This document shows positions 14,835 to 28,685 of a DNA stretch of 64,000 nucleotides, one piece after another. The stretch is from Octopus sinensis (Eukaryota), in NCBI RefSeq assembly GCF_006345805.1, contig NC_043003.1, positions 69,130,001 through 69,194,000 of the forward strand. The letters run 5' to 3'. The first letter of the stretch is position 1. The number at the start of each line of letters is the position of its first letter. The notes under the pieces were generated by a model that saw only the letters and a list, made by a program, of their open reading frames with translations, did not search any database and was not told the DNA's origin. The position numbers and the translations under genes are program-made.

Positions 14835-16412
14835 AAGTGTGGGAAGCTAGCAATGCCAAAATCACAGAAAGTATGGAAAACTAGCAATGCCAAAATCACA
14901 TCGTATGGAAAGCTAGCAATGCCAAAATCACAAAGTATGGAAAGCTAGCAATGCCAAAATCACAAAGTATAGAAAGCTAGCAATGCTAAAATCACATAGT
15001 ATGGAAAGCTAGCAATGCCAAAATCACAAATTATGGAAAGCTAGCAGTGCCAAAATCACAAAGTATGGAAAGCTAACAGTGTCAAAATCACAAAGTATGG
15101 AAAGCTAGCAGTGACTAAATCACAAAGTATGGAAAGCTAGCAGTGCCAAAATCACAAAGTATGGAAAGCTAGTAGTGCCAAAATCACGAAGTATGGAAAG
15201 CTAGCGGTGCCAAAATCACAAAGTATGGAAAGCTAGCAATGCCAAAATCACAAAGTATAGAAAGCTAGCAATGCCAAAATCACATAGTATGGAAAGCTAG
15301 CAATGCCAAAATCACAAATTATGGAAAGCTAGCAGTGCCAAAATCACAAAGTATGGAAAGCTAACAGTGTCAAAATCACAAAGTATGGAAAGCTAGCAGT
15401 GACTAAATCACAAAGTATGGAAAGCTAGCAGTGCCAAAATCACAAAGTATGGAAAGCTAGTAGTGCCAAAATCACGAAGTATGGAAAGCTAGCGGTGCCA
15501 AAATCACAAAGTATGGAAAGCTAACAGTGCCAAAATCACAAAGTATGGAAAGCTAGCAGTGACTAAATCACAAAGTATGGAAAGCTAGCAGTGCCAAAAT
15601 CACAAAGTATGGAAAGCTAGTAGTGCCAAAATCACGAAGTATGGAAAGCTAGCGGTGCCAAAATCACAAAGTATGGAAAGCTAACAGTGCCAAAATCACA
15701 AAGTATGGGAAGCTAGCAGTGCCAAAATCACAAAGTATGGAAAGCTAGCAGTGCCAAAATCACAAAGTATGGAAAGCTAGCAGTGCCAAAATCACATAGT
15801 ATGGAAAGCTAGCAATGCCAAATTCACAAAGTATGGAAAGCTAGCAATGCCAAAATCACATAGTATGGAAAGCTAGCAATGCCAAAATCACAAAGTATGG
15901 AAACCTAGCAGTACCAAAATCACAAAGTATGGAAACCTGGCAGTGCCAAAATCACAAAGTATGGAAAGCTAGCAATGCCAAAATCACAAAGTATGGAAAG
16001 CTAGCAATGCCAAAATCACAAAGTATGTAAAGCCAAAATCACATAGTATGGAAAGCTAGCAATGCCAAATTCACAAAGTATGGAAAGCTAGCAATGCCAA
16101 AATCACATAGTATGGAAAGCTAGCAATGCCAAAATCACAAAGTATGGAAACCTAGCAGTACCAAAATCACAAAGTATGGAAACCTGGCAGTGCCAAAATC
16201 ACAAAGTATGGAAAGCTAGCAATGCCAAAATCACAAAGTATGGAAAGCTAGCAATGCCAAAATCACAAAGTATGTAAAGCCAAAATCACATAGTATGGAA
16301 AGCTAGCAATGCCAAATTCACAAAGTATGGAAAGCTAGCAATGCCAAAATCACATAGTATGGAAAGCTAGCAATGCCAAAATCACAAAGTATGGAAAGCT
16401 AGCTATGCCAAA
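14835..16412. repeat. 32-bp minisatellite (~49 units; consensus gtatggaaagctagcaatgccaaaatcacaaa) with higher-order periods, inside the ASAP intron
   Basis: Contiguous units with no spacers. Variant patterns repeat at 288 bp (9 units), 160 bp (5 units) and 247 bp (7 units plus one 23-bp deleted unit). Confidence 0.97.
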
Positions 16413-16471
16413 GATTTATGTGGATGATTATCGTATCTGATATGGATAGAATAAGCCACACAAATACAACT

Positions 16472-16697
16472 TTAACTCTTGAACATTCAGATTTCTTTGT
16501 CAAATGTAAACCTTATTTATTTACATTGTTTTGAATTAATCATGCATTTTCTCATAGCTTCACAATTTCTATGATGTGGTTGTTTATTTTTAGAATGACC
16601 TTGCAGTGTAGGTGTGAGACATTGGATCTGCTCAGTTTTAACATAAAACCAGGAGAATATCTGGACCAGAAATGGCTGGATTAAATGCTAGAGTTAA
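16472..16697. mobile_element. Degenerate piggyBac-type MITE (TTAA ends)
   Basis: TTAA-ctcttgaacatt ... aatgctagag-TTAA imperfect terminal inverted repeats. Confidence 0.5.
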
Positions 16698-17130
16698 GCC
16701 CACTTTCACTATCAAAGCAGGGATTAGCCTAGGGGTCCCATGACTAAATGCTTTTGGGAACTATCTTTTATCCTTTTCTTGTTTCAATCATTGGACTGTG
16801 GTCATCCTGGGGCTCTCTCTTTAAGGGTTTATTACATATACATTAGCAATAAGTAGATATCAGTTAATAGTGATCAGTTACATAGTGACCTGGTAAACTT
16901 GAAATGCCAGTAGTGATGGTCATTATAATAGAGGACAGCTGATCTGTTGATGTCAGTGTTGGATGGTCAAGAAATATAATGACCAGCTGAATGTTAAAAA
17001 TACAATTTTCATTCTGATATTTTGTTCATTATATTGTCTATTTTACAGTGGTAGTAAAGGTCAGACGAATAAATATTACTAGAGCATTGCTTTACAGTCA
17101 GATGCCTGTCCTGTCATTAAAGATACTTAC

Positions 17131-17184
17131 TTCACATGCTTGTAACTGAAACATTTTTCTTTCTTTTTCCATCTCTTCTGCAAT
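17131..17184 (-). CDS. ASAP1: Internal coding exon (54 nt, phase 0/0) of an ASAP-family ArfGAP (BAR domain): IAEEMEKERKMFQLQACE
   Basis: Minus strand reads ccttttttctttgttgcag|ATTGCAGAAGAGATGGAAAAAGAAAGAAAAATGTTTCAGTTACAAGCATGTGAA|gtaagt, with a canonical acceptor and donor. The peptide matches the vertebrate ASAP1 BAR segment IAEEMEKERRLFQLQMCE as I recall it. The paralog (ASAP1/2/3) cannot be assigned; probably the single invertebrate ortholog. Confidence 0.9.
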
Positions 17185-17534
17185 CTGCAACAAAGAAAAA
17201 AGGAATTCTTCTGATTTTCATTTATGCGTTACACTTTACCATTTCTCACTCTCTTTCTCCGTAATTGTGTGTGCAATTACACACACACGCACAAAACATG
17301 TATGTATGTATGAATGGATGAATGGATGAATGAGTGAAAGAATGAATAAAATGACAATTGCCTTAGTGTTTAGCATGTCTGCACAATTTATGGTGTGTCT
17401 GGATTATGATTCCAGTAGGCACTGAAAAACATTTTTGTCCAACCCATGCAAGCATGGAACATGATTATATGCATACATGTGTATATATATATAATTTTTT
17501 CGACTAAAACCCATAAATATATATACACACATAC

Positions 17535-17594
<60 letters not shown>

Positions 17595-17629
17595 AATACA
17601 TACATACATACACACATACATATATACGT

Positions 17630-17833
17630 AACAAAGACCATCCGATCGTGGCCGTTGCCAGCCTCGTCTGGCACCTGTGTCGGTGGCACATAAAAAGTAC
17701 TCACTACACTCACGGAGTGGTTGGGGTTAGGAAGGGCATCCAGCTGTAGAAACACCGCCAGATCTGACTGGCCTGGTGCAGCCTTCGGGCTTCCCAGACC
17801 CCAGTTGAACCATCCATGGAAAGCGGACGTTAA

Positions 17834-17880
<47 letters not shown>
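17630..17880 (+). mobile_element. 3' part of a SINE/RTE-associated repeat with (GAT)n tail; older copy at ~21150-21380
   Basis: ggttggggttaggaagggcatccagctgtagaaac ... ggacgttaaatgatgatgat. Confidence 0.6.
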
Positions 17881-18214
17881 AGCATGTGGCACTGACTGGT
17901 TGAATCTACTGAAGATTCAATGTGTATTAATTAATTGATATATATATGTATATTATATGTGTATGTGTGTGTGTCTTTGTGTCTGTGTTTGTCCCCCACC
18001 ATCGCTTAACAAACGATGTTGGTGTGTTTACGTCCCCGCAGATAGTGGCCCGGCCAAAGAAACCAATAGAATAAGTACTAGGCCTAAAAGATAAGTTCTA
18101 GGGTCAATTTTTTCGACTAAAACCCATCAAGGCAGTGCTCAAGCATTCCTTCGTCTTTTGTTCTCCTTCGTCATCGTCTTTTGTTTTCTGTAAATTTGAA
18201 CTATATACTCTTTT

Positions 18215-18685
<471 letters not shown>

Positions 18686-18705
18686 ATATATATAAATTTG
18701 AATTA

Positions 18706-18738
<33 letters not shown>

Positions 18739-18928
18739 ATATCATTAATTATTTCATTTGCTAATATAGAGTCAGAACCATGATCCAGGAGATAGATGGT
18801 AATTTTTTTTTCATTATGTTTACAATTTACCCAACACTAGACCCCCATGTAATACATTCCCTATAAAGGTCGAGATCACATCACTGAAGAGCATTGTGAC
18901 ACAATTTCTTCAATGCAAATGGTCCTGC

Positions 18929-18959
<31 letters not shown>

Positions 18960-18963
<4 letters not shown>

Positions 18964-19740
18964 ACCTAGCGAAAGAGGAGAAGGGAAAGATCATGGTTTC
19001 ATGATCCCAAGATTGAAATGTTCTGAGGATCCATGTACACATTTTACGGCAACATCGACTTTTTTTTTTGATGAGCATACTCCAGCTAAAGTTGCTCTCG
19101 ACAGTTATACCTATGTCTCTGATTTTATCCGACGGTTCAAGTAGGTCTCCCGAAGTTAGTGTATATGGTTGTTTGGGTGTCCCCTCTTTTCCAAAGTAGA
19201 TAAGCTGAAATTTTTCCTCGTTCAACTGCATATTATTTTTTTGTGCCCACTGAATTACTGAGCATAGGTCCGATTGAAGCATCGTTCGAGCATATGCTCT
19301 CTTAATTACTTTTTGGTGCTTAGAGTCATCTGCGAATATTTTAATGATGCTATGTTCAAAGGAATCTGCAGTGTCATTGATATAGACAATAAAAACTGGA
19401 CAGTACCCTGCGGGACTCCACTGATTACTTTTTGCTGGTCCTGAGAGGATCCCATCAACCACAACATGCTGGGTCCTGTTTGTTAGGAATAACCTAATTC
19501 ATGGAAGTAGCTTTCCACCGACTCCAGCGTTGGATAGTTTCCTTAACAGTATATTGTGGTCAACTCCGTCAAAGGCCTTACTGAAACCAAGGTACATGAC
19601 ATACGCGTTGGAGCCCTCACTTAGTGCATTTAAGATGTCATCAAAGTGATGGAGGAGCTGTGTTAGGCAGTCTCTCCTACCACGAGAGCCATGCTGGTTG
19701 CAATTGGAGATGATTTTGTTCTAGGAAGGCTATTATTTTT
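18960..19740 (-). pseudogene. CR1-like LINE reverse transcriptase fragment
   Basis: SCLTQLLHHFDDIL, FSKAFDGVDH, FIVYIND, KIFADDSK, LQSDL..VIQWA..NNMQLNEEKFQ, IRDIGI and WILRTF. Confidence 0.85.
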
Positions 19741-22036
19741 GATCTCAACACTCTCTCAAATACTTTGATGATATGTGAGGTGAGTGAGATTATATATGAA
19801 GCTAACGTAAATAGTTTCTCGTATTAATCAAATTTACTGCTGAAAGTCAATTTCTTTTAAACCAAAATAGATATCAATGATTTCGATTCGAAGTTTCCAT
19901 CCGCGCAGAAAATTCTAATATCACTTTTAAAAACATGTCTGTGATTCTAAGATTATCAAAATACATTAGAGAATGTTAGAAATTAGCTCGTTTCAGAAAA
20001 CTTTCTCGCTTCTAGACTATACGTGGAAGATAATTCTATTTATGGTAATCCATAGAATGTGATCCAAAGAATATGGTATGAATATCGCGTAAATTTTCGA
20101 AACTCAATTTTCGAAAGTTTTTGAAAGATAATTCGATTCGTTGAACACTATCTTTCGGAAGATAAATAACCGAAAATGACTCCTTCTCAGTCAATCCGAG
20201 CAAATTTAAACAAATATTTCTGTATTGATCGATTTCGTGTTTGTCCAGATAATTCTTATAAATAATATTTTGTTTCTATTTTTCTCATTATATTGGCGAT
20301 AACTTTCTTTGGATGAAAACCGTGTTTTGGTGCAATGTTTCTTAATTACCCCATCATTGTTATCATACATGACTTCACTGTTAACATAGGTTACTGAACC
20401 GATTTATCAATAGTTTATTATAAATACGCACTCGAAATGTTTTTATTATTCTCTCCAACTCATAACAGATTAAACTGTTCAACTTATTGTCTCGTCTAAC
20501 TTCACTTAACTACTTAGCAACATGTAATTCCTAGGTTCGATTCCCAATACCGCAAGAACCACTAATTAGATTTTCGATTGCATTTCAATGATTTGCATTA
20601 AATCTTTAATGTGAATTCCGAGGTGGCCTGCGTCTTATCTTAGTTTACGTTATTTTCTGAATCCCCTGACTGAACGATCAGAAGCCAACTTTGAGTTTCA
20701 TGATTTGTTTGGTTTTTAATTCCTGGATTAGAGAAAGGGGCAGTGCCCATAACATTAACATGCCCTTCTAGACCAGTGACACCCGCCACAAATCTTTCTA
20801 AGTCAACAATTACGAAAGATATATGAGCTGATGGGGAACGTCGTCGATGTTCTAAGAGGGGTGTCGTTAGAAAAACGTCCACTAAGTCTTCTGAAAATTG
20901 TGTTGTAAGAACACTGAGTTCAAGACCAAGACAAAACTACTTGAAGGAGCTTAAACAGTGTCACAACGTATGAAAATCGAAGAAAACTCAAACTGGGAAG
21001 AAGAAGAAGAATGATGAATAAATCGCTGCTTCCTGCTATATAAGCTGCCTACCAGTAATCTTCTGCCAAAAATGAATCCGAAGTTTCTAGTCTTCCTTTA
21101 GCCTGGTTGGATTATATTTTCACTCACTGTAAATAATTCAGGATATTTATACTACACCCGTGCTTGTGCCACCTAAAAGCACTGGTGTCGGCGCCACGAA
21201 AAATCTCTGTAAAGTGGTTGACTTTAAGAAAGGCAGCCAATCGTAGAAACCTTTGCCAAAACAGACAATTGGAGGCTGGTGTAGCTGTTCGGTTTGCCAG
21301 ATCTTGTCAAACCGTCCAACCCATGCCCGCATGTAAAACGGAGGTTAAATGGTGATGGTGATGCTGATGGTAATGATTCCTATGGGTTAAATCATAGACC
21401 TAACACACACCCTTACACACCCATACACACATCCACACTCACCCATACATACCCACACCCACCCACACATAACCCACACTCGGTTATACACACCCACACA
21501 CACACACATACACACATTCACCTATACACACCTAAACGTAACCCACACTCACCCGCCCACACGCTCACACGCACACACTTATACACATCCACGCTCACTC
21601 ATATACAGCCACGCACACCCACATACACATCTGCACACACCCACACATAACCCACACTCACCCATACACACCTACCAACACACTCACACACAAACTCATA
21701 CTCACCCATACACACCCACACACGCCTACACAGTCATATTCACCTATACACTCTCACAACACACCCACACACCCACATTCCCCCATACACACCCACACTC
21801 AACCATACACACACTCGCCCATACACACTCACACCAACAATCACCCATGCACATAACAGCAGACACATGGTTCGATTCTCGGTCGAGATACTATTCAGAG
21901 AGGCTTTTTGTTTTGTTTCTTTTTTTGTTGTTTTTTGTCTAAGGAGTATTGAGTTAGCTTCTGTAAAAAGTTTTTGTATTTGGTATGCCAGATTCTTTAT
22001 GTGAATTCGTGTGTTGAAGCCTGTTTTATTGTTTCT

Positions 22037-22175
22037 GGGAAGAGTCATTCTCTTTTAGTGCCTTATTATTTAACAGACTCACCTGTTCGATTTCGACTCA
22101 TTTAGTTACTTATGAGTGGAAATCGAACCGGTGAGTCTGTTAAATAATAAGACACTAAAAGGGAATGATTCTCCC
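22037..22175. repeat. Palindromic MITE-like foldback (~63-bp arms, ~12-nt spacer)
   Basis: gggaagagtcattctcttttagtgccttattatttaacagactcacc... pairs with ...ggtgagtctgttaaataataagacactaaaagggaatgattctccc. Confidence 0.75.
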
Positions 22176-22638
22176 TATGCACAATAAAATTCTGTAAAAA
22201 AACTTATTCTCAAATTCTTCAATGCTTCAATCAAACAAACTCAAACTTGCTCCCTTTTGTTGGTCGTACATATAAAGCTTCTGATTTTAACGGTTAGAAC
22301 TCATCAAGTCTCTTTGGTGTCGTGGTATCGTGGTCATCTAATATACGGCAGATTCATTGTCTGGTCTTCATATGTGATTGTTTCCGTTTTTTTTTTTTTT
22401 ATAATTTCTACCCAGTTTGTAAAAATACTTAAACAGCATTTTAACAGATATATCATGCGCCATTATTTATAGCATCGCCATTTGCATTAGAACAGCAATT
22501 TCTTTTTTAAAAAAATTATTTTCAAGTTTCTTAATGCTTCAATCGAAATACAGACAATATACATATAATATGTGTGTGTGTGTATTCGAATATGTGCATA
22601 TATACATATATATATGTATGTATGTATATAAGTACAGT

Positions 22639-22725
<87 letters not shown>

Positions 22726-24673
22726 TATACATATATGTATGTATATACAGTCATATATATGTGGGGGTGGTATGTATGTGTGTATGCTCATATGTCTGGT
22801 CGGTAAAACTGCACATTTAATAATACATATACCATTAAAGTAATTGCAAAATAGTTATTTAGTTTCCAGTTCTTTTTGCATTACAATTTATCGCAAATAG
22901 CTAAGTTTCCACATTGATCATTATTTTTTTATTTTTTATACTATATTTTATATATCATTTTCTTCTCTCGCTTAAATGCAATTGTCACCTCTCTTTTATC
23001 ATCTTCTTTTTCAAAACAGCCATCTACTTTGTAATCGTTGCTAATTTGGTTTAAGTAAAACATCTACTTTTAAACAACTTTTTGTCATTTAATCTAAATT
23101 ACATTTATCTGGAACTTTGTTACAACAATGCTTTAATAGAATTGAACTGTTCTTTTATGCAGTAATGTGTTAAAGTGTAACTATTGTAGATAAACACGCT
23201 CTATCTTACTGACTCTTACTCTTTCTATCTGTGTCTATTTCTGTCTGTCTTAATCTATCTATCTATTTTTCTGTCCATCTATCTATCTGTCTATATATCT
23301 ATCTCTCCCACTGTATACATATGCTGTCTTTTATTGCCAAATTCATTTCATTGCCAGACAGTTAATGAGCACTAATGTTGAGTACAGTACATTTATTATT
23401 GCTAACTAACAAGGTGATGATCGCTTAGAAATGGAACTATTTGAAAGAATGTGTCAGGACAGTTAAGATAGCGGTTAAATAAACAAATATAAATTCATTT
23501 TAAAATAATCATGATAAATTGAGTTAAACTTATGCGAAAACAAACCGCATAACTTACTTTCGTCTGACTTGTTTAGTGTGCGTGTGTATATGTATGTGTG
23601 CGTGTGTATTTGTGTGTAACTGTGTGTGAGTATGTGTGTGTGTGTGTGTGTGTACGTTTATTATTCACAATAAGAGCCCGTGCCCTTGTCCTTCGTAGGC
23701 CGCGGGAAACCTGTGAGACAGACATGGCCAATAGTCTTCTTAAGAAGCAACAGGTCAACAGGTGAAGGAAAAAATTATGCCAAAATGATAAATCCAGAGG
23801 TACGATGGCCGTGTGATTAGAATATTGCAGCAAAGAATAGCAAGAGGGATCCTTCGAGCTGAATCAACAGGCAGGGAATCAAGGGTCAGCCAGAAAGGAG
23901 AAGGCTGGATAATATTCATAGCATCACTTGATCGCGCTTGGGAATCCAGCTAAAAAGTATAATGGCAGTTGCTTGTGATAGGGCCCTTTGGAAGAGGTAC
24001 CTGAAGAGCCTACTTCAACCAACCTCCTAGAAATAGCGAGCGGAGAGAATGATGGATGGATAGACATTTTGGGTGGAATAGTATAGAGAGGAGGAGGAGG
24101 AGGAGGAATCACTAGTGCGTGAGTGGATATGAAGCGACACCAGCTCTGAGGAGCAAAGTATTCTGACGTAACAGTAGATTACACAGAAAGGGGACATTGC
24201 ATTTATGGGCCTGGTTTGGAGTGTGTTGGTGAGCGATTTCATACCAATCAGTCGGGTTGCCTTTCCCTAAATGTGATAATCAACGTATGTGTAGCATTAG
24301 TACTGTGATAGATTTGAGAATCAGAGGCCTCGTTTCGAGCCTTAGAAGAGTTTTTTAGGGGGTTAGTATTTGTTGGGTTAGATAAATATTACAGCGAAAC
24401 AAATAATGCGTCGTATGTTGTACAGTATTAGAAATATCATGATTGAAAAGCATACAGTAGATAGGCATAGCCTTAAATTTATATTTAAGAAGCTGGCTTT
24501 GAAATCACGCGGTTTCGGTTCAATCCTACTGCGCGACATCTTGGGCAAGTGTCTTCTACAAAAGCCCCGGGGGCAAACAATTCCCTGTGAGTGAATTTAG
24601 TAGATGGAAACTGTAAAGAAGCTCGTTGCGGGTACATCCTTGAATAAAACTGCATAAATATGTCTACCCTGGA

Positions 24674-24730
<57 letters not shown>

Positions 24731-24878
24731 AATATAAGAGAGTGGTCACTATATGGCTCACTCTAGCACCAGTTAATCCAAAAGTTTCAACCACGAAAAT
24801 ACATGCTTCCCATGAAAGTCAGTACGATTGTTAGCTCACACGGACAGGGCAAATAAAAAATAACAAAAATACAGATTA

Positions 24879-24961
24879 TTTTGGGACAATTGTTTCGCTA
24901 TTAATGAATTAAATGTAATTTTACTTACAAAAAAAATCCATTTGTAGCTCGTCAGCCAAAA
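24879..24961 (-). ncRNA. Type I hammerhead ribozyme in the inverted block of the array
   Basis: Plus strand ttttgggacaattgtttcgcta...tagctcgtcagccaaaa is the reverse complement of the unit hammerhead, and it is intact. Confidence 0.85.
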
Positions 24962-25403
24962 CTATCTGGATGAAATCCACTCAATCACACGCCAGATTTT
25001 ACCATAACGATAAATACGCGTGTGGTTCAATTGATTACATCCGACGTTATTTGGATTAACTGGTGCTAGAGTGAGCCATATAGTGACCACTCTCTTATAT
25101 TTATTTTGTAAAAATATTATAATATGTTATAAAATATTATAATAATCCAGGTTTTCTCTGGCACTAGGCCACTTGGTGTTGAATAGATATACTATTAAAT
25201 TAGTATCTAATTCTCTCACCCTTATTAATTAATTATATTATGCTGCATTTATTTCTAAATGCTGTATTTGTTTTCCGTGAAAGTTGGCGCGGCTGTTAGG
25301 TGGGGGCATTGAATTATAACGTCGGATGTAATCATTGAACCACACGCGTATTTATCGTTATGGTAAAATCTGGCGTGTGATTGAGTGGATTTCATCCAGA
25401 TAG

Positions 25404-25486
25404 TTTTGGCTGACGAGCTACAAATGGATTTTTTTTGTAAGTAAAATTACATTTAATTCATTAATAGCGAAACAATTGTCCCAAAA
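25404..25486 (+). ncRNA. Type I hammerhead ribozyme, array unit 1 (predicted cleavage after C25480)
   Basis: TTTTGG (stem I) CTGACGA (core) GCTA...TAGC (stem II, long AU-rich loop) GAAA CAATTG (palindromic stem III) TC CCAAAA (stem I'). All core positions are canonical and the site is GUC. Confidence 0.88.
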
Positions 25487-25937
25487 TAATCTGTATTTTT
25501 GTTATTTTTTATTTGCCCTGTCCGTGTGAGCTAACAATCGTACTGACTTTCATGGGAAGCATGTATTTTCGTGGTTGAAAGAAACTTTTGGATAACTGGT
25601 GCTAGAGTGAGCCATATAGTGACCACTCTCTTATATTTATTTTGTAAAAATATTATAATATGTTATAAAATATTATAATAATCCAGGTTCTCGGAGCACT
25701 AGGCCACTTGGTGTTGAATAGATATACTATTAATTAGTATCTAATTCTCTCACCCTTATTATTAATTATAATTATGCTGCATTATTTCTAAATGCTGTAT
25801 TTGTTTTCCGTGAAAGTTTGGCGCGCTGTTAGTTGGGGCATTTGAATTATAACGTCGGATGTAATCAATTGAACCACACGCGTATTTATCGTTATGGTAA
25901 AATCTGGCGTGTGATTGAGTGGATTTCATCCAGATAG

Positions 25938-26019
25938 TTTTGGCTGACGAGCTACAAATGGATTTTTTTTGTAAGTAAAATTACATTAATTCATTAATAG
26001 CGAAACAATTGTCCCAAAA
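25938..26019 (+). ncRNA. Type I hammerhead ribozyme, array unit 2 (cleavage after 26013)
   Basis: Same motif as unit 1: ttttggCTGACGAgcta...tagcGAAAcaattgTCccaaaa. Confidence 0.87.
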
Positions 26020-26469
26020 TAATCTGTTTTTTGTTATTTTTTATTTGCCCTGTCCGTGTGAGCTAACAATCGTACTGACTTTCATGGGAAGCATGTATTT
26101 TCGTTGTTGAAACCTTTTGGATTAACTGGTGCTAGAGTGAGCCATATAGTGACCACTCTCTTATATTTATTTTGTAAAAATATATAATATGTTATAAAAT
26201 ATTATAATAATCCAGGTTTCTCGGAGCACTAGGCCACTTGGTGTTGAATAGATATACTATTAAATTAGTATCTAATTCTCTCACCCTTATTAATTAATTA
26301 TAATTATGCTGCATTTATTTCTAAATGCTGTATTTGTTTTCCGTGAAAGTTTGGCGCGCTGTTAGTTGGGGCATTGAATTATAACGTCGGATGTAATCAA
26401 TTGAACCACACGCGTATTTATCGTTATGGTAAAATCTGGCGTGTGATTGAGTGGATTTCATCCAGATAG

Positions 26470-26551
26470 TTTTGGCTGACGAGCTACAAATGGATTTTTT
26501 TTGTAAGTAAAATTACATTAATTCATTAATAGCGAAACAATTGTCCCAAAA
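26470..26551 (+). ncRNA. Type I hammerhead ribozyme, array unit 3 (cleavage after 26545)
   Basis: Same intact motif as unit 1. Confidence 0.87.
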
Positions 26552-27001
26552 TAATCTGTATTTTTGTTATTTTTATTTGCCCTGTCCGTGTGAGCTAACA
26601 ATCGTACTGACTTTCATGGGAAGCATGTATTTTCGTGGTTGAAACCTTTTGGATTAACTGGTGCTAGAGTGAGCCATATAGTGACCACTCTCTTATTTAT
26701 TTTGTAAAAATATTATAATATGTTATAAAATATTATAATAATCCAGGTTTCTCGGAGCACTAGGCCACTTGGTGTTGAATAGATATACTATTAAATTAGT
26801 ATCTAATTCTCTCACCCTTATTAATTAATTATAATTATGCTGCATTTATTTCTAAATGCTGTATTTGTTTTCCGTGAAAGTTTGGCGCGCTGTTAGTTGG
26901 GGCATTTGAATTATAACGTCGGATTGTAATCAATTGAACCACACGCGTATTTTCGTTATGGTAAAATCTGGCGTGTGATTGAGTGGATTTCATCCAGATA
27001 G

Positions 27002-27084
27002 TTTTGGCTGACGAGCTACAAATGGATTTTTTTTGTAAGTAAAATTACATTTAATTCATTAATAGCGAAACAATTGTCCCAAAA
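27002..27084 (+). ncRNA. Type I hammerhead ribozyme, array unit 4 (cleavage after 27078)
   Basis: Same intact motif as unit 1. Confidence 0.87.
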
Positions 27085-27537
27085 TAATCTGTATTTTTGT
27101 TATTTTTTATTTGCCCTGTCCGTGTGAGCTAACAATCGTACTGACTTTCATGGGAAGCATGTATTTTCGTGGTTGAAACCTTTTGGATTAACTGGTGCTA
27201 GAGTGAGCCATATAGTGACCACTCTCTTATATTTATTTTGTAAAAATATTATAATATGTTATAAAATATTATAATAATCCAGGTTTCTCGGAGCACTAGG
27301 CCACTTGGTGTTGAATAGATATACTATTAAATTAGTATCTAATTCTCTCACCCTTATTAATTAATTATAATTATGCTGCATTTATTTCTAAATGCTGTAT
27401 TTGTTTTCCGTGAAAGTTTGGCGCGCTGTTAGTTGGGGCATTTGAATTATAACGTCGGATGTAATCAATTGAACCACACGCGTATTTATCGTTATGGTAA
27501 AATCTGGCGTGTGATTGAGTGGATTTCATCCAGATAG

Positions 27538-27620
27538 TTTTGGCTGACGAGCTACAAATGGATTTTTTTTGTAAGTAAAATTACATTTAATTCATTAATA
27601 GCGAAACAATTGTCCCAAAA
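27538..27620 (+). ncRNA. Type I hammerhead ribozyme, array unit 5 (cleavage after 27614)
   Basis: Same intact motif as unit 1. Confidence 0.87.
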
Positions 27621-28068
27621 TAATCTGTATTTTTGTTATTTTTTATTTGCCCTGTCCGTGTGAGCTAACAATCGTACTGACTTTCATGGGAAGCATGTAT
27701 TTTCGTGGTTGAAACCTTTTGGATTACTGGTGCTAGAGTGAGCCATATAGTGACCACTCTCTTATATTTATTTTGTAAAAATATTATAATATGTTATAAA
27801 ATATTATAATATCCAGGTTTTCGTAGCACTAGGCCACTTGGTGTTGAATAGATATACTATTAAATTAGTATCTAATTCTCTCACCCTTATTAATTAATTA
27901 TATTATGCTGCATTATTTCTAAATGCTGTATTTGTTTTCCGTGAAAGTTTGGCGCGCTGTTAGTTGGGGCATTTGAATTATAACGTCGGATGTAATCAAT
28001 TGAACCACACGCGTATTTATCGTTATGGTAAAATCTGGCGTGTGATTGAGTGGATTTCATCCAGATAG

Positions 28069-28153
28069 TTTTGGCTGACGAGCTACAAATGGATTTTTTT
28101 TGTAAGTAAAATTACATTTAATTCATTAATAGCGCGAAACAATTGTCCCAAAA
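28069..28153 (+). ncRNA. Type I hammerhead ribozyme, array unit 6 (extra GC before GAAA: tagcgcgaaa)
   Basis: Same motif with a 2-nt insertion at the base of stem II, possibly a consensus error. Confidence 0.75.
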
Positions 28154-28604
28154 TAATCTGTATTTTTGTTATTTTTTATTTGCCCTGTCCGTGTGAGCTA
28201 ACAATCGTACTGACTTTCATGGGAAGCATGTATTTTCGTGGTTGAAACCTTTTGGATTAACTGGTGCTAGAGTGAGCCATATAGTGACCACTCTCTTATA
28301 TTTATTTTGTAAAAATATTATAATATGTTATAAAATATTATAATAATCCAGGTTTCTCGGAGAGCATAGGCCACTGGTGTTGAATAGATATACTATTAAA
28401 TTAGTATCTAATTCTCTCACCCTATTAATTAATTATAATTATGCTGCATCTATTTCTAAATGCTGTATTTGTTTTCCGTGAAAGTTTGGCGCGTGTTAGT
28501 TGGGGCATTTGAATTATAACGTCGGATGTAATCAATTGAACCACACGCGTATTTATCGTTATGGTAAAATCTGGCGTGTGATTGAGTGGATTTCATCCAG
28601 ATAG

Positions 28605-28685
28605 TTTTGGCTGACGAGCTACAAATGGTTTTTTTTGTAAGTAAAATTACATTTAATCATTAATAGCGAAACAATTGTCCCAAAA
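28605..28685 (+). ncRNA. Type I hammerhead ribozyme, array unit 7 (cleavage after 28679)
   Basis: Same intact motif as unit 1. Confidence 0.87.

Noticed and set aside
14835-16412. 32-bp repeat as a CRISPR array or coding repeat
   Set aside because: Units are contiguous with no unique spacers, the context is a eukaryotic intron, 32 is not a multiple of 3, and there is no ORF.
18876-18925. CTGAAGA GCATTG...CAATGC AAATGGTC hammerhead-like motif
   Set aside because: Stem II is good, but G12 is missing and there is no stem I.
20780-20960. Possible piggyBac cysteine-rich C-terminus remnant (ERRRCSKRGVVRKT...)
   Set aside because: Too degraded; cysteine spacing is not preserved and no TIR or catalytic domain was found.
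23660-24340. Possible LINE 3' end (AATAAA followed by (CA)n on the minus strand)
   Set aside because: No recognisable RT or endonuclease motif in any frame; cannot be supported.
24725-25107. Inverted block as a sequencing foldback chimera
   Set aside because: Not fully excluded, but the same geometry occurs at 45716-46520, where the arms carry real substitutions, which favours a biological origin.
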